Translations under genes and position numbers: made by a program
The notes under the pieces: model-generated
Seen by the model: only the letters and a program-made list of their open reading frames with translations
Databases searched by the model: none
Told to the model about the DNA's origin: nothing
Assembly: GCA_965214705.1 (NCBI GenBank)
Contig: OZ243972.1
Span: forward strand, 576,001 to 640,000
From: Alphaproteobacteria bacterium
GTDB lineage: Bacteria > Pseudomonadota > Alphaproteobacteria > UBA828
Reading direction: 5' to 3'
DNA length: 64,000 bases
In this document: piece after piece, positions 29,008-39,981 of the stretch
How positions within the stretch are numbered: the stretch's first letter is position 1
How the letters are laid out: each line of letters starts with the position of its first letter

Positions 29008-30536
29008 GAGCCACTTGCAAAACTCTCGGGCACGGTGCGTTCGTCCCGGGAGTTCGATATGAGGGCAGCGGTTGGTCGAACGTAACGCGAACGATCGGTC
29101 GAATCGACGGTTCGACATGCCGCATGGCCACCGTCGGGGAGCCGATTTGTCGCGAGCGAGGGCCGTTGCGGTCACATTCGTGGCCCGGCGCCGGGATGCG
29201 GGCGCGGCTCACCGTGCCCCCATCGAGGGAGGCGTGTTCCGGCATGACAGGGACAGAACCGAAAGTGAGGTTCAAGTCAGAAGGCGCACCAATTGGTCTA
29301 CCGTCAGCGCCAGGATGCCGAACATCGCGTGGCAGTAGACTTTGGCATGGCCGCGCACGTGGACATGGCGTCCACCGCAGTTGTCCTTCAGCCCGCCATT
29401 GATGCGCTCGACGTTCGAGCGTTCGCTGTAACGGTCGTCCGCCGGGTGGCTGTGGCCGATACGGCGCCGCGCCTTGGCCTCCCGCGCCAAGTCCTCTTTG
29501 AAGCCCCTGTCCCGAGGAATTGATGTCGATGATTGGGACGTGGCCCAACAGATAGCTGTGCCAGCCGATCTCAGGCGCGTCGTAGGCTGAGTCCATGAGA
29601 TCGTACAGATTGGTCACGCGTTCGGCGCTCATGGTCGCCAGCGGGATCGCGACCTGACTGTCGTGCAGCGAGGCAGACGTCAGGATGCAACTGACCGGGA
29701 TGCCGCCATCGGCGGCATCGATGTGCAGCTTGTAGCCGATCCACGACGTGGTGTGGCCCTTGGCGTTTCGCTTGGTGCCGACATCGCAGGCTCTGGGCAG
29801 ATCGTCGAGCATCTGCGGCAGGGTCATGTCGAGCTGGCGCTCCACGCGGCGCTGCTCCTTGGGCCGCTCCTCACCCTTGCGCGGGCGACCGCGCTTGCGC
29901 TTCGGCTTCTCCTTCTTGCGTTTGCGCTGAGGCTTCTCGCGCGCCTCGACCGCCGTCGAATCGCGCGAGACATGCCCCACCAGGTGGTCGCCGAGGGTCT
30001 GCTTGATCAGCGCCTCGTGCAGGCGTGCGGGCAGGGCACTCTCGGAGAACTCGGCGAAGGCCCGTGAAAAGGTCGCCTCGCTCGGCACTTCTCCGGCATA
30101 GTTCCAGCCGCACAATCGGCGCAACGTCTTGTCGACCTCAAGGCGCTCGATCAGTGCGCGTGTCGTGGGTACGTCGAACACCGCCTTGGCGATGAAGGCG
30201 CGCGCCAGCGCCGCACGGTCCTCGACCGGCCGACCGGGCAGGCCATGAAAATGGGGAAGGAAGCTCTCGACCCGCGCAAACTCAAGCACAGTGACGAAGC
30301 GCCGATACCTCTCGCCGAGTGGCCCGAGCTCCTCCTCAAGCCACGGGAAGAGATCGCCTTGAAGGGAGTTCAAGAATCTGGTTAGTGTCTGTCCCAGCGA
30401 CATGGGACCGGGGACCGCTCTCCCTGTCGATGTCTTCGGAAGCCCGACAGGAACAGAGAGCGGTCCCGATTCCCAGAACAATCTGCATCACATGGCGGCA
30501 AAATCCCGCTCAACGGCGAAACTCTGCAAGTGGCTC
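29008..30536 (-). mobile_element. IS5/IS1182-like insertion sequence
   Basis: Terminal inverted repeats GAGCCACTTGCA at 29008 and TGCAAGTGGCTC ending at 30536; no clear TSD. Confidence 0.8.
29272..30403 (-). pseudogene. DDE transposase with a frameshift near 29518
   Basis: PSEATFSR, SRDSTA, WIGYKLH, LHDSQ, LMDSAYD; the C-terminus (RY.ERSNVERINGGLKD..G...VRGHAKV.CH.MFG) is in another frame; could be a sequencing indel. Confidence 0.8.
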
Positions 30537-30592
30537 TCTCGTATGGTAATTTTGTGACAGGACATGGTCTTTGCCAATATCGATCACCTCTA

Positions 30593-31770
30593 GTGTCCTG
30601 ATTCCGAAGTTCGCATAGCTATGATTGGGCTGGCGCGAGTTCGAGGGTTCTCAGGCAGAAGCGCTTGATGGAAGCCAGGATTTCGTCGGCTGACTTGTGC
30701 CAGCGGAACGGCTTGGGGTCCTCGTTGACGGCCTCGATGTACGCGGTGATCGCCTGCTCCAACTCGACGGTCGAGCGGTGAACCCCGCGACGGATCTGCT
30801 TCTCCGTCAGATCGGAGAAGAACCGCTCCACTTGGTTGAGCCACGACGCCGAGGTCGGCGTGAAGTGGACATGCCAGCGAGGCCGCTTGGCGAACCAGGC
30901 GCGGACTTCCTTCGTCTTGTGCGTCGAGTAGTTGTCCATGACGATATGGATGTCGAGATCCTCGGGCACGTTGGCCTCGATGTGGTCCAGGAACTTGCGG
31001 AACTCTCGGCTTCGGTGACGGTGGAAACACTTGCCGATGACCTCGCCGGTGGCGACGTCGAGGGCGGCGAACAACGAGGTCGTGCCGTTGCGCTTGTAGT
31101 CATGGGTGCGCCGCTCAACCTGGCCGGGCCGCAGCGGCAGCAGGGGCTGGGTGCGGTCGAGGGCCTGAACCTGGGACTTCTCGTCCACACAGAGAACCAT
31201 GGCATGCTGCGGCGGGTCCACGTACAGGCCGACGATGTCGCGCACCTTGTCCACGAAGTACGGGTCCGCCGACAGCTTGAAGGTCTCGCTGCGGTGCGGT
31301 TGCAGGGAAAAGGCCTGCCAGATGCGATGGATGGTCGAGGCGCCGTAACCGGTGGCGCGCGCCATCGAGCGCAGGCTCCAGTGGGTGGCGTCGGGCGGTG
31401 TTTCCTCCAGCGTCATGCGAACGACCTCGGCAACCTCGTCGTCGCCGATGCGCCGGGGCGCGCCCGAACGCGGTGCGTCGTGCAGACCGTCGAGGCGGTG
31501 TGCGGCGAAGCGGCGGCGCCACTTGCCGACGGTCAACTCCGTGACATCCAACAAGGCCGCAATCTCCTTGTTGGAGAGCCCGTCCGCTGCCGCCAGCACG
31601 ATCCGTGCCCTCAGCGCCAAGGCCTGCCACGACTTGCGGCTCCGGCTCAGCCGATCCAGCTCCTTGCGCTCTTCATCTGTCAGGATGATGTCCACCGCTG
31701 TTCTCGCCACGGAATGAGCCTCCTCGCTTCAATCAACAATGCAGTAATACGAACTTATGGATCAGGACAC
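30593..31770 (-). mobile_element. IS630-family element, complete
   Basis: Inverted repeats GTGTCCTGAT...ATCAGGACAC, each flanked by TA within CTAG. Confidence 0.92.
30619..31710 (-). CDS. IS630 transposase
   Basis: [42 protein letters not shown]. Confidence 0.95.
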   Translation of the reverse strand: MARTAVDIILTDEERKELDRLSRSRKSWQALALRARIVLAAADGLSNKEIAALLDVTELTVGKWRRRFAAHRLDGLHDAPRSGAPRRIGDDEVAEVVRMTLEETPPDATHWSLRSMARATGYGASTIHRIWQAFSLQPHRSETFKLSADPYFVDKVRDIVGLYVDPPQHAMVLCVDEKSQVQALDRTQPLLPLRPGQVERRTHDYKRNGTTSLFAALDVATGEVIGKCFHRHRSREFRKFLDHIEANVPEDLDIHIVMDNYSTHKTKEVRAWFAKRPRWHVHFTPTSASWLNQVERFFSDLTEKQIRRGVHRSTVELEQAITAYIEAVNEDPKPFRWHKSADEILASIKRFCLRTLELAPAQS

Positions 31771-31893
31771 TAGCTCTGTATCGCCGAGGAATGCTGTCAG
31801 GTCTTCGTCGGACGTGTCGAGGACAAACTAGGAGAGGGAAGGCGATTGCACATGTTCCGGTTCCGGCTAGTCGCTTAAGGAGGCTCTGAACAG

Positions 31894-32589
31894 ATGAAGC
31901 GAGAGGCAAATGTTCACCAATCCATAGGCCCATTTACGATCACGGTAGACCAACTGGAGCATCTTATCTTCTATGTAGAAAGCGAGCTAACGGGTGAATG
32001 TCTGAGGCTTTCCGACATTGAAATAAATTCGAAGGATACTAAACTCTCTTATGAAGATGTCACCGAGTTCAAAAACCACCAGCCATGGAACGATAGGATT
32101 GACAAATTTGCTGTTAAATTTCGAAACGATGATTTTTCGAAGTACATTTCCATTAGTGGAGGGACGGAGAATGACAACGACATTTATGTTTCTGGCGATG
32201 ACGCTGCATGGGTGACGGGCGCATCTAAAGAGATACGGAATAAAATGAGAAGATATACAAGGTGGTACGGAGTATTTTTCAAAGACATTTTTTCGGGGTT
32301 TCTCTCGTTCGCATTCGCATACATTGCAATCTTGGCATTGATAATATTCATGTATTCTGAATTTGCAGAATCTGAGATCGTGAATAGGAACTACACGTCG
32401 GACAAAATATCATGGCCCGCCATATTGGTGTGGATAGCTCCTTTCCCAATTCTAATGTTGATGTTTCGTTTTGCTCCAAAGACATCGAAGATCGTTCAAG
32501 ACAAGAAAAAACATAACGTTCTCGCAATATGGGGTCTATTGATAGGTCTCGGTGGGCTTGCGGTTGGCCTCGCAAAACTCTTCTTCTAA
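31894..32589 (+). CDS. AT-rich orphan membrane protein (three C-terminal TM segments)
   Basis: 231-aa open frame in clearly AT-richer DNA; hydrophobic segments FLSFAFAYIAILALIIFMY, WPAILVWIAPFPILMLMF and VLAIWGLLIGLGGLAVGL. Confidence 0.75.
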   Translation: MKREANVHQSIGPFTITVDQLEHLIFYVESELTGECLRLSDIEINSKDTKLSYEDVTEFKNHQPWNDRIDKFAVKFRNDDFSKYISISGGTENDNDIYVSGDDAAWVTGASKEIRNKMRRYTRWYGVFFKDIFSGFLSFAFAYIAILALIIFMYSEFAESEIVNRNYTSDKISWPAILVWIAPFPILMLMFRFAPKTSKIVQDKKKHNVLAIWGLLIGLGGLAVGLAKLFF

Positions 32590-32784
32590 TCCGCGTGGTT
32601 TCCTCTATGGCAGAGAGACTGACGATGACTGATCGAGAAGGGCGCGTACTGGCAGAAACGCGGTGTCCCCAAGTTCTTTGGCGCCCTCTTAGACCAGAGG
32701 CTCGCTCACCAACCATTTGGAAATGTCAGTCTCGAATCTCTGGCGAAGAGCGGCAAATGGAGCTTCTTGCTTCGGGTGTCGGGA

Positions 32785-32967
32785 AAAGGTGAGGAGTGTA
32801 CCGCCGTAGTGGGCTGCATCTAGGCCTCGGACCGCGACGGTGAGGAGATCTTAGACCAGCCGCTCAATGTCGGCCTGGCCCCAACGGTATCAACGCTGCC
32901 AGCGGGGCACGACGTACTGGACCTGTCCGTTCAGGAGCTCCAAGAACTCGATGTGGTGGGCGTGCAT
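32785..32967 (-). pseudogene. DUF262 (GmrSD-type) N-terminal remnant
   Basis: MHAHHIEFLELLNGQVQYVVPRWQR*YRWGQADIERLV*DLL...HYGGTLL matches the DUF262 P.(Y/W)QR.Y.W motif; two stops; truncated. Confidence 0.7.
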
Positions 32968-32973
32968 GGGTTT

Positions 32974-33015
32974 ACCATTTTCTGTCTACAGTGCACCATT
33001 TTCTGTCTACAGTGC
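32974..33015. repeat. Perfect 21-bp tandem duplication
   Basis: ACCATTTTCTGTCTACAGTGC twice, covering the stop codon of the R-M gene. Confidence 0.9.
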
Positions 33016-36000
33016 GATCTCCGCGTCCGGGTCGCCGGCGGTCAAGGCGTTCATCCAGGCGAGGCATAGGTCGCGGGAACGGTAGGTGCCGTAGGCGGCG
33101 GTCTCCTCGCGCTCGACAGTTGGGAAGGTGGAATAGATGTAGCGGACTTCGTCGCGGTCGGTGACGCCGTAGAGGTAGAAGTATACGGCGTCCAGCTTCG
33201 CGCGCAGATGGAGGCGGCGTTCCTCGTCCCATGCAAAGGGCGGCAGCACGTTGCCAGCGGCATCGACATGGCCCATGTCGAGGGCGAAGGGGGCCATGTC
33301 GTAGGCCGTATAGGTGAGCTCCAGTACCGCCTCGCGCACGATCTCGCCCGCCACCTTCGGCCCAAAGCCGACATTCTCGTAACGGTCGGGTGGGACGACG
33401 GGGAGCTGTTCGACGGCGAAAAGACTAAGATGGTTAGTTTGCACTTTTTGACGTGTTACAAAGTCCATGGGAATGGCGTTTAGATTGGCTGAAAGCAGCC
33501 ACTCGTTACGATCCGATGTTTCGGGAATAAGAATAGGAACAAGATCATTGAAGCCGACTGCCGGAAACAATGAAGCAATAAATGTTCGAATATTTGTAGT
33601 CGATGTGACCCTCTTAAATCCCAAAATCCACCTTGATGTCGGGGGGCAGATGCACCGAGACTCTGGAACCCAATACTGCGGGTCGGGAAGCCAGTGTGGA
33701 TCTCTTTTCTGCTCTGGAGTTGACGGAAATGGCTGAGCAGGTCTGTGCAAATTTTCTGGGTTAATTTTCACACTTGCAGCGCGATGGTCAAATGCCTGCA
33801 CCATCTTGCCTTCGTAGAGAGGCACCCAGTCGCCGGTCGGACTGGAAAAACGATTGCTGCCAATAGGCCATGCTCCCTCCGCATTCTCCAGCTCTTCGCG
33901 TGTACGGAACAAATGAGAGTCTTTATCGCTATCGAACATGCGAACATGTTTCAATGGCCACGCCTTCACTTCCTCACCAGACGAGCGGTCCACCAACACC
34001 GGCAGACGACTGTACATCACGGTGGCGAGCGCGGCGTCGCGCCTGCTACGAAAGATCGGGGCCGTACCTGTGTTGGGATTGACACGGGCGAAGGCTTCTG
34101 CCGTCAGCGGGAAGCGGCGCTCGGCGTCGTCAAGTTCAGCGACATCCTGAAGAAAGAAAGCACACTGCGCGGCGTCGGGGAGTGGGGACGGGCTGGCGAC
34201 GAAGGCACAAAATTTGAAGCGGCTGTCGACGTCAGGGAAGAAGGGCGGTGCGTCGTAGCGCGTACGCCGGTTCTCGAAATCGTAAAGCGCCTTCAGCCGC
34301 CCTTCCGTAGCCACTCCCCTGAAGAAACGTGAGGCGGTTTTGCCTGATGCGACGACCGACGGTACAAGAAGACCGACCATGCCGTCGTGTTTTGCCAGCG
34401 TCATCGCGCGCTCGACGAAGAGCGAATAGAGATTCACATCGCGGCTGGAGAGTAGCGGATAGTCTCCCGAACACCGCGCCACGCGCGTGGCCATCACCTT
34501 CCGTTCGCTAGCCCACGCAAATTCCTGCGCAAGCGGATCGTCGTTCCGCTCCAAATCTGCGATCATGCGATCGCGTTTAGCGGGCCGTGGAGCCAGCGCG
34601 ATCTCCGGTCGCCGCGTGGCGAACCACTCGACCTGTTGCAGCTTCATCCGGTCCCAGGGCGGATTGCCGATCACCGCGTCGAAGCCGCCTTTGAGGTAAG
34701 CGCTCTCCCAATTCGTCCACACGCCGGGGAACGCCGCCTGCCAGTTGAGAAAGCGCTCTTCCGCGATGAGGCGCCGGGCATCACCCAACAGTTCGATGAA
34801 CGGTGCACTCTCCGCTCGCTCCGTCGATACCTCTACTCGGCCCAGCGCGATGTCGATGGGATCGCCAAGCAGGCCGCCGAAGAAGGATTGCAGTGCGGTC
34901 CTGCCCTCGTGGTCCTTGACCTCCAGCCAGTCGAGGGCGTGCACGAGGGAAAGGACGGCATTCAGCGGCGCCGTGGCCTCCTCCACTTCGGCGAAGGCTT
35001 CGGCGGATCGATGCGCCTCCGCGATCTCGGCATCCGTCAGGCCTTCGATCGTCTGCATCGATTGCGCGGCCCGCTCAGCCTCGGTAACGGAGCCGTGCAG
35101 GAGCAACGGGCTGCCATAGTCGGTCGCCTTGTCGACCCCACTGCGCGCCCAGGCGCCGAACAAGCTGTCGCCGCAGCGGAGGTGGTGATCCAGGAAGCTG
35201 AGCGGCGCGCCCACCGTGAAGGTGTGCAGCCAGAGCGCCACCTTGGCGAGCTCCACAGCCATCGGGTTCTTGTCGACGCCGTAGACGCAGCGCTTCAGCA
35301 CCATGCGACGGACGATGTGGCGGTCGTCGAGCCGGTCGCGGTCAATGGTCCAGTTGCGCTCTTCCGCGTTTGCGACGATCCGCTCGCGGATGGCCTGAAT
35401 GCGGCCTGCGAGCGGCGAGGCGTAACCCTCCACGTCCGCTTCCGCTTCTGCCATGGCCGCGATCACCCGGTCGGCGAGGTAATCCACCAGGCTGACCAGG
35501 AAGTGTCCCGACCCCATGGCGGGATCGCAAACCTTGAGGGAGAGGATCGCCTCGGCAGGGTCGTGTTCCGCTAGGCGCGCCACGGCCCGCTCGCGGGCGT
35601 GTCCTGCTCCGGGCGCTCGCCCGGCTCTTTCCATGAAGCCGTCCACGCGAGCCTGGACCAGGGGGCCGATGGTCTCCTCGACGATCAGTCCCACTAGGTC
35701 GTCGGGCGTGTAGTAGCTGCCCGAACCCTTGCGGGCGAAGATGTTGGGGCGCACGGCCACCGCGTCGCCTTCGCGGATGAGTTCATGCTCCAGCAAGCGC
35801 TCGTAGATCGAGCCGAGCTGGCGCACGCCGAGGTCGCGATAGTTGATGTAGTGGCGGCGCCCTGCCTCGTCCTGTTCGAACGAAAGCGCGTCGATGACGT
35901 CCGCCATCACCCGGTCGCCGAGCCGGATGCGGTCGAGCAGCGGCACGCGCGCACGGTCGAACAGGCCGCCGTTGTACGGCGGCAGCCCGATGGCGGCGTC

Positions 36001-37086
36001 GCCACGGTCCACGGCCCGGCAGAGATCGTCTACCGCCGACCAGTAGCGGGCAGCGTGTTCCGAGAATACGTCCCCGCGGTCCTTGCGGTCGCCGATATCG
36101 CCGCGCACCTTGTCGCGCAACCCGTAGTCGTCGTAGCGCTCGTCCCGGACCGGCAGCAGGTCGCGGTCCTCGGCATAGAGGATGAACAGCAGCCGGTAGA
36201 GCAGGATCAGCGCGGCCTCGCGCACCTCGGGCAGGGGCGCGTCCGGCGCGGCAGCGGCAATCGCACTGGCGAGTTCGGGGAAGACCTGGCCGAAGACCAG
36301 ATCGGAGAGGCTGGCGGCAACACGCTCCTCGTAGAAGCGGCCTTCCTCGATGGCGCGCTGATGGAAGGTGCGCTCGTCTACCGCGCCGGGCAGGAAGGCC
36401 TCGCGCCGGAAGACCAGCGCGAACAGCTTGAGGCAGTGGCGCCGCTCCTCGACATCTAGGGCGAAGAGGCCGTCGTTGTGGCCGGGAAGGTCGAGGATCG
36501 CTGGGAGATCGACCTCGAAGAACTGTTCGGAAACCGAGCGCGCTCCTTGGTAGTAGAGCCGCCAGCGTGCGCCGTTGGTGAGAATGGCCCAGCGCAGCCT
36601 GCCAGTGGTCAGATCGTCGACACGCCGCAGATAGCGCAGCATCTGGGTCGATGGCGCCGTCTCTTCGCCAGCCCTGCCGGAGCGACGGTCGAGCGGGCGC
36701 CGCCAGCGCTTCGACTCCACCACCGCAAGACCGTGCTCGTAACGCCGCCACTCTTGGGCGAAGCGGTTGGCTCGGCCCTTCGCCGCATCGTCTGCGAACA
36801 GCAGGCCGTCCGGCACGTCGTCCCGCCTGATCGCGCTCAGATTCTGCTGCCGCAGGCTCGCCGTCCAGCCGATGGTCCTGAGCACGGGCCAGATCAGGTC
36901 GTCTTCGGTCTGGCTCTCGTTGGGTGCGGCGGCGAAGGGGAAGCCATCGAAAACGGTCCGCAGCGCGGCTTGGAGTTTGTCGAGCACAGCGTCGTCAATG
37001 GCTTCCCAATCAGCCGTCTCGGCAACGGAGTCGCACAGAAAGTCGTTGGCGAAGAGACTGCCCTGGAATACAGCGTCGAGGCTCAT
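33007..37086 (-). CDS. Type IIG (Eco57I-like) fused restriction endonuclease / N6-adenine methyltransferase
   Basis: N-terminal PD...ESK nuclease motif (VPDGLLF..VVESKRW), LTNG..WRLY, GSYYTP, DPAMGSGHF, GNPPW; AT-richer C-terminal TRD. Confidence 0.88.
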   Translation of the reverse strand: MSLDAVFQGSLFANDFLCDSVAETADWEAIDDAVLDKLQAALRTVFDGFPFAAAPNESQTEDDLIWPVLRTIGWTASLRQQNLSAIRRDDVPDGLLFADDAAKGRANRFAQEWRRYEHGLAVVESKRWRRPLDRRSGRAGEETAPSTQMLRYLRRVDDLTTGRLRWAILTNGARWRLYYQGARSVSEQFFEVDLPAILDLPGHNDGLFALDVEERRHCLKLFALVFRREAFLPGAVDERTFHQRAIEEGRFYEERVAASLSDLVFGQVFPELASAIAAAAPDAPLPEVREAALILLYRLLFILYAEDRDLLPVRDERYDDYGLRDKVRGDIGDRKDRGDVFSEHAARYWSAVDDLCRAVDRGDAAIGLPPYNGGLFDRARVPLLDRIRLGDRVMADVIDALSFEQDEAGRRHYINYRDLGVRQLGSIYERLLEHELIREGDAVAVRPNIFARKGSGSYYTPDDLVGLIVEETIGPLVQARVDGFMERAGRAPGAGHARERAVARLAEHDPAEAILSLKVCDPAMGSGHFLVSLVDYLADRVIAAMAEAEADVEGYASPLAGRIQAIRERIVANAEERNWTIDRDRLDDRHIVRRMVLKRCVYGVDKNPMAVELAKVALWLHTFTVGAPLSFLDHHLRCGDSLFGAWARSGVDKATDYGSPLLLHGSVTEAERAAQSMQTIEGLTDAEIAEAHRSAEAFAEVEEATAPLNAVLSLVHALDWLEVKDHEGRTALQSFFGGLLGDPIDIALGRVEVSTERAESAPFIELLGDARRLIAEERFLNWQAAFPGVWTNWESAYLKGGFDAVIGNPPWDRMKLQQVEWFATRRPEIALAPRPAKRDRMIADLERNDDPLAQEFAWASERKVMATRVARCSGDYPLLSSRDVNLYSLFVERAMTLAKHDGMVGLLVPSVVASGKTASRFFRGVATEGRLKALYDFENRRTRYDAPPFFPDVDSRFKFCAFVASPSPLPDAAQCAFFLQDVAELDDAERRFPLTAEAFARVNPNTGTAPIFRSRRDAALATVMYSRLPVLVDRSSGEEVKAWPLKHVRMFDSDKDSHLFRTREELENAEGAWPIGSNRFSSPTGDWVPLYEGKMVQAFDHRAASVKINPENLHRPAQPFPSTPEQKRDPHWLPDPQYWVPESRCICPPTSRWILGFKRVTSTTNIRTFIASLFPAVGFNDLVPILIPETSDRNEWLLSANLNAIPMDFVTRQKVQTNHLSLFAVEQLPVVPPDRYENVGFGPKVAGEIVREAVLELTYTAYDMAPFALDMGHVDAAGNVLPPFAWDEERRLHLRAKLDAVYFYLYGVTDRDEVRYIYSTFPTVEREETAAYGTYRSRDLCLAWMNALTAGDPDAEIAL

Positions 37087-37346
37087 GCACCCATAGTCCG
37101 CGAATCGGCCCATCGTTTCAGCGTGACGCCATAAGCCTTCATCGCCATGGGAGGGTCAATAGCGATGCGATCCAACGAAATAACGAGCTGTTCGTTTCAA
37201 CGGCGGCAGAACTGAAGGTCACGAATAATCCGGGGTAGCGGATGTTCTTCAGCAGGCAACCCGGCAGGGTGGGTACCCAACGCCGCCGAGGCCGAACTCT
37301 GACCAACCGCGGCGGGAACTCGACATATCGCTAGAGCATGCAAACC

Positions 37347-38513
37347 TCACGAACGAGACACTGAGATGGGCTCACCGCCATGCATTGCCCGCGCGACGGC
37401 AACGCCAATACGCTCCGCCGCCGCCTCGGTCTCGCGGTCACCGACGTGGGCGTAGCGCAGTGTCATGCTCGGATTTTTGTGACCCAGAAGGCGGGAGACA
37501 ACCGGCAGCGGGACGCCTTGCAGGACGGCGTGGCTGGCGAACGAATGTCTGAGGTCGTGAATCCGCACGTCCTCGATCCCGGCTTCCCTTCGCACAGAAC
37601 GCCAGAGCGGCAGGTGATGCGAAAGAGGACGACCGGGGTTCGACGGCGCAGGGAAGACGTAGGCGCTCTCCGAGCGCGACTGGCGCTCCAGAATGGCGCG
37701 AGCCTGCACGTTCAGAAAAACCCGCCGCGGCCCGGTCTTCGCATCGATCAGATTGAGCGTGTCCCCGTCCACGTCCTGCCAGCGCAGAGTCAGGACCTCG
37801 CTCTTCCGGCAGCCGGTGAGCAAGAGAAGACGGATGACGTCCGCCTGTCGCGCGCGCGACGGTCGCGCGTGATCGTGGCGATCCAGGGCGTGATGAAGTC
37901 GGCGGACTTCCTCGCGCGACAAGAAGCGGGTGAGCTTGGCACCGGGGTTCCACTTGATGCCACGCGCGGGGTTCGCCTGGATATGGCCGCAGACGATCGC
38001 ATGATTGAGAACCCGGCTGAGCAGGTTCAACGCCTTGTTGGCCGCGCCCGGCGTGGTCCGGCTGCATTCGTCGAACCAGCGGGTCACATCGGCGCGGGTA
38101 ATCCGGTCCAGCGGCAACGAGCCGAAGGCGGGCAGCAGTCGCACGGAGACGATCCTGGCAAAGACTTTCCGCGTCGACGGCTTGCCCCGCTCGAAACACG
38201 TCCGCCCCGGACCCGCGACAAATTCCTCGAAGGTGGGCACCTTGTCGCGCCGCGCCTGGCCGGATCGTGCGCCGCTCTCAATGGAGACGCACTGGCTGCG
38301 CGCCTCCTCGATCTTCATCAACGACGCAGGCCCGAGCGTGATCCTGCGCGCACTGTCCTCGCCCTTCCGCCAGTATATGAAGCTCCGGTGCCCCGACGGC
38401 CGCACCCGAACGCCGAGACCCGCATGGCGCGTGTCCCAAACGGTATACTCGCGGGCCGCCGGTACCAGCTTCGCGACACTTGCGTCAGTCAGACGCCTCC
38501 TCTTCACGGCCAC
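37347..38513 (-). CDS. Tyrosine integrase with N-terminal arm-binding domain (pair 1, gene B)
   Basis: WD...GLGVRVRPSG; catalytic TGCR, K, HDLRH, LGH, Y. Confidence 0.92.
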   Translation of the reverse strand: MAVKRRRLTDASVAKLVPAAREYTVWDTRHAGLGVRVRPSGHRSFIYWRKGEDSARRITLGPASLMKIEEARSQCVSIESGARSGQARRDKVPTFEEFVAGPGRTCFERGKPSTRKVFARIVSVRLLPAFGSLPLDRITRADVTRWFDECSRTTPGAANKALNLLSRVLNHAIVCGHIQANPARGIKWNPGAKLTRFLSREEVRRLHHALDRHDHARPSRARQADVIRLLLLTGCRKSEVLTLRWQDVDGDTLNLIDAKTGPRRVFLNVQARAILERQSRSESAYVFPAPSNPGRPLSHHLPLWRSVRREAGIEDVRIHDLRHSFASHAVLQGVPLPVVSRLLGHKNPSMTLRYAHVGDRETEAAAERIGVAVARAMHGGEPISVSRS

Positions 38514-38516
38514 GGA

Positions 38517-38740
38517 TCAACCCTCGAGGGCTGCGCCGACAACGTCCACCGCCTCGCGCACCATGGCGTCGGACAGGTGGATGTACTTCAGCGTCGTCGC
38601 CGGATTGCGGTGTCCGAGAAGCCGGCCGATGGTCAGCACCGTCTCGCCCTGCGCGAGCGCCATGCTGGCATGCGTGTGTCGGAGATCGTGAAGGCGGACA
38701 TCGTGCAGGTCAGCTTCTTCCCTTACACGATGCCACGCAC
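38517..38740 (-). pseudogene. C-terminal fragment of a tyrosine integrase (pair 1, gene A)
   Basis: WHRVREEADLHDVRLHDLRHTHAS..GRLLGH..TTLKY; N-terminal part replaced by the pair 2 element. Confidence 0.85.
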
Positions 38741-38853
38741 CTTCGGTTCTAAGTGACTGATTCGATTGCAATGGTCTTCCGTTTCTATTGCCACAGGGCG
38801 CGGAATGCAAGCCCGTTCCGCACCCCGCTGCAACAGATCGGAGACGCGCGATC

Positions 38854-39981
38854 ATGCCGACCATCCACCTCACCCAGCGCCGGGTCGACGCCCTTCGGCC
38901 CCGCCGCAAGGTGCGCGATGTCCGGGACGCCGAACTCAAGGGATACGGCGTCCGGGTCATGCCCTCCGGCACCAGGCGCTACTTCATCCACAGCCAGCAC
39001 AGGGGCAAACGGGTCTGGAAGATCATAGGCGACGCGGCGGCGATCACCGAGCCCGAAGCACGGGCCAGGGCCAGATTGATGCTGGCTGCGCTGCGCGACG
39101 GTCGGGAGCCAGATGCGGCGGACGCCGGCGGCACCCTCTTCGAGACCGTCGCCGAGGAGGTCTTCGAGCGCTACGGGCGGCGCTGGAAGCCCCGCACCCT
39201 GGAAGTGAACCGGGCCTACCTGCGAAGGCAGATACTGCCTTTCTTCGCGGGCAGGCCCATCGGAGAGATAACACGGGAGGACGTGCGGGCCTGGTTCCGC
39301 GGGCTCCACGCGACGCCCGCCGCCGCAAACCGCTCGGCGCCCATCCTCTCGGTCATCATGCAGCAAGCCGAGGTCTGGGGATACCGCCCGGAGGACAGCA
39401 ACCCCTGCGCCGGCATCCGTCGCTACCGGCAGGGGCGGTCCGAGCGCTTCCTCACCCCCGAGGAGTATCGCCGCCTCGCCTGCGTGCTCACCCGGCACGA
39501 GGCCAGCCGCCCCCTGCACGTGGCCGCCCTGCGCCTGCTGCTGCTCACCGGGTGCCGCAAGTCGGAGATCCTCACCCTCCAATGGTTCTCCTACCGGGAG
39601 GGGCGGCTCTATCTGCCGGACAGCAAAGTCGGCCCGCGCACGGTCTGGTTGTGCGAGGCGGCACGCGATGTCCTCGACCGCCTGCCCCGGTCGTCCGGAT
39701 GGGTCTTTCCAGTCGGCGGTTTGCGCACCCCGTGGCTGTGGCTGGATTACTTCTGGCGCGGCGTGAGGGAGGAAGCCGGGCTGCAGGATGTCCGCCTGCA
39801 CGACACCAGACACTCATACGCCAGCATGGCGCTGCTCTGCGGCGAGAGCGTGCGCACCGTCGGCCGCCTGCTCGGTCACGAGAAGGCGTCGACCACCCTG
39901 AAATACGCCCACCTGTCCGACGCCACAGTCCGCGAAGCGGTCGAGACCCTGTCTCCCGTTCTGTCGGGGAGGCAGGCGTGA
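38854..39981 (+). CDS. Tyrosine integrase (pair 2, gene A)
   Basis: GYGVRVMPSG; TGCRKSEI, DSK, HDTRH, LLGH, TLKY. Confidence 0.92.
   Translation: MPTIHLTQRRVDALRPRRKVRDVRDAELKGYGVRVMPSGTRRYFIHSQHRGKRVWKIIGDAAAITEPEARARARLMLAALRDGREPDAADAGGTLFETVAEEVFERYGRRWKPRTLEVNRAYLRRQILPFFAGRPIGEITREDVRAWFRGLHATPAAANRSAPILSVIMQQAEVWGYRPEDSNPCAGIRRYRQGRSERFLTPEEYRRLACVLTRHEASRPLHVAALRLLLLTGCRKSEILTLQWFSYREGRLYLPDSKVGPRTVWLCEAARDVLDRLPRSSGWVFPVGGLRTPWLWLDYFWRGVREEAGLQDVRLHDTRHSYASMALLCGESVRTVGRLLGHEKASTTLKYAHLSDATVREAVETLSPVLSGRQA

Noticed and set aside
38766-39977. N-terminal half of the 794-aa ORF, suggesting a giant integrase
   Set aside because: It overlaps integrase A in another frame; the real gene B starts at GTG 39978 after an RBS.
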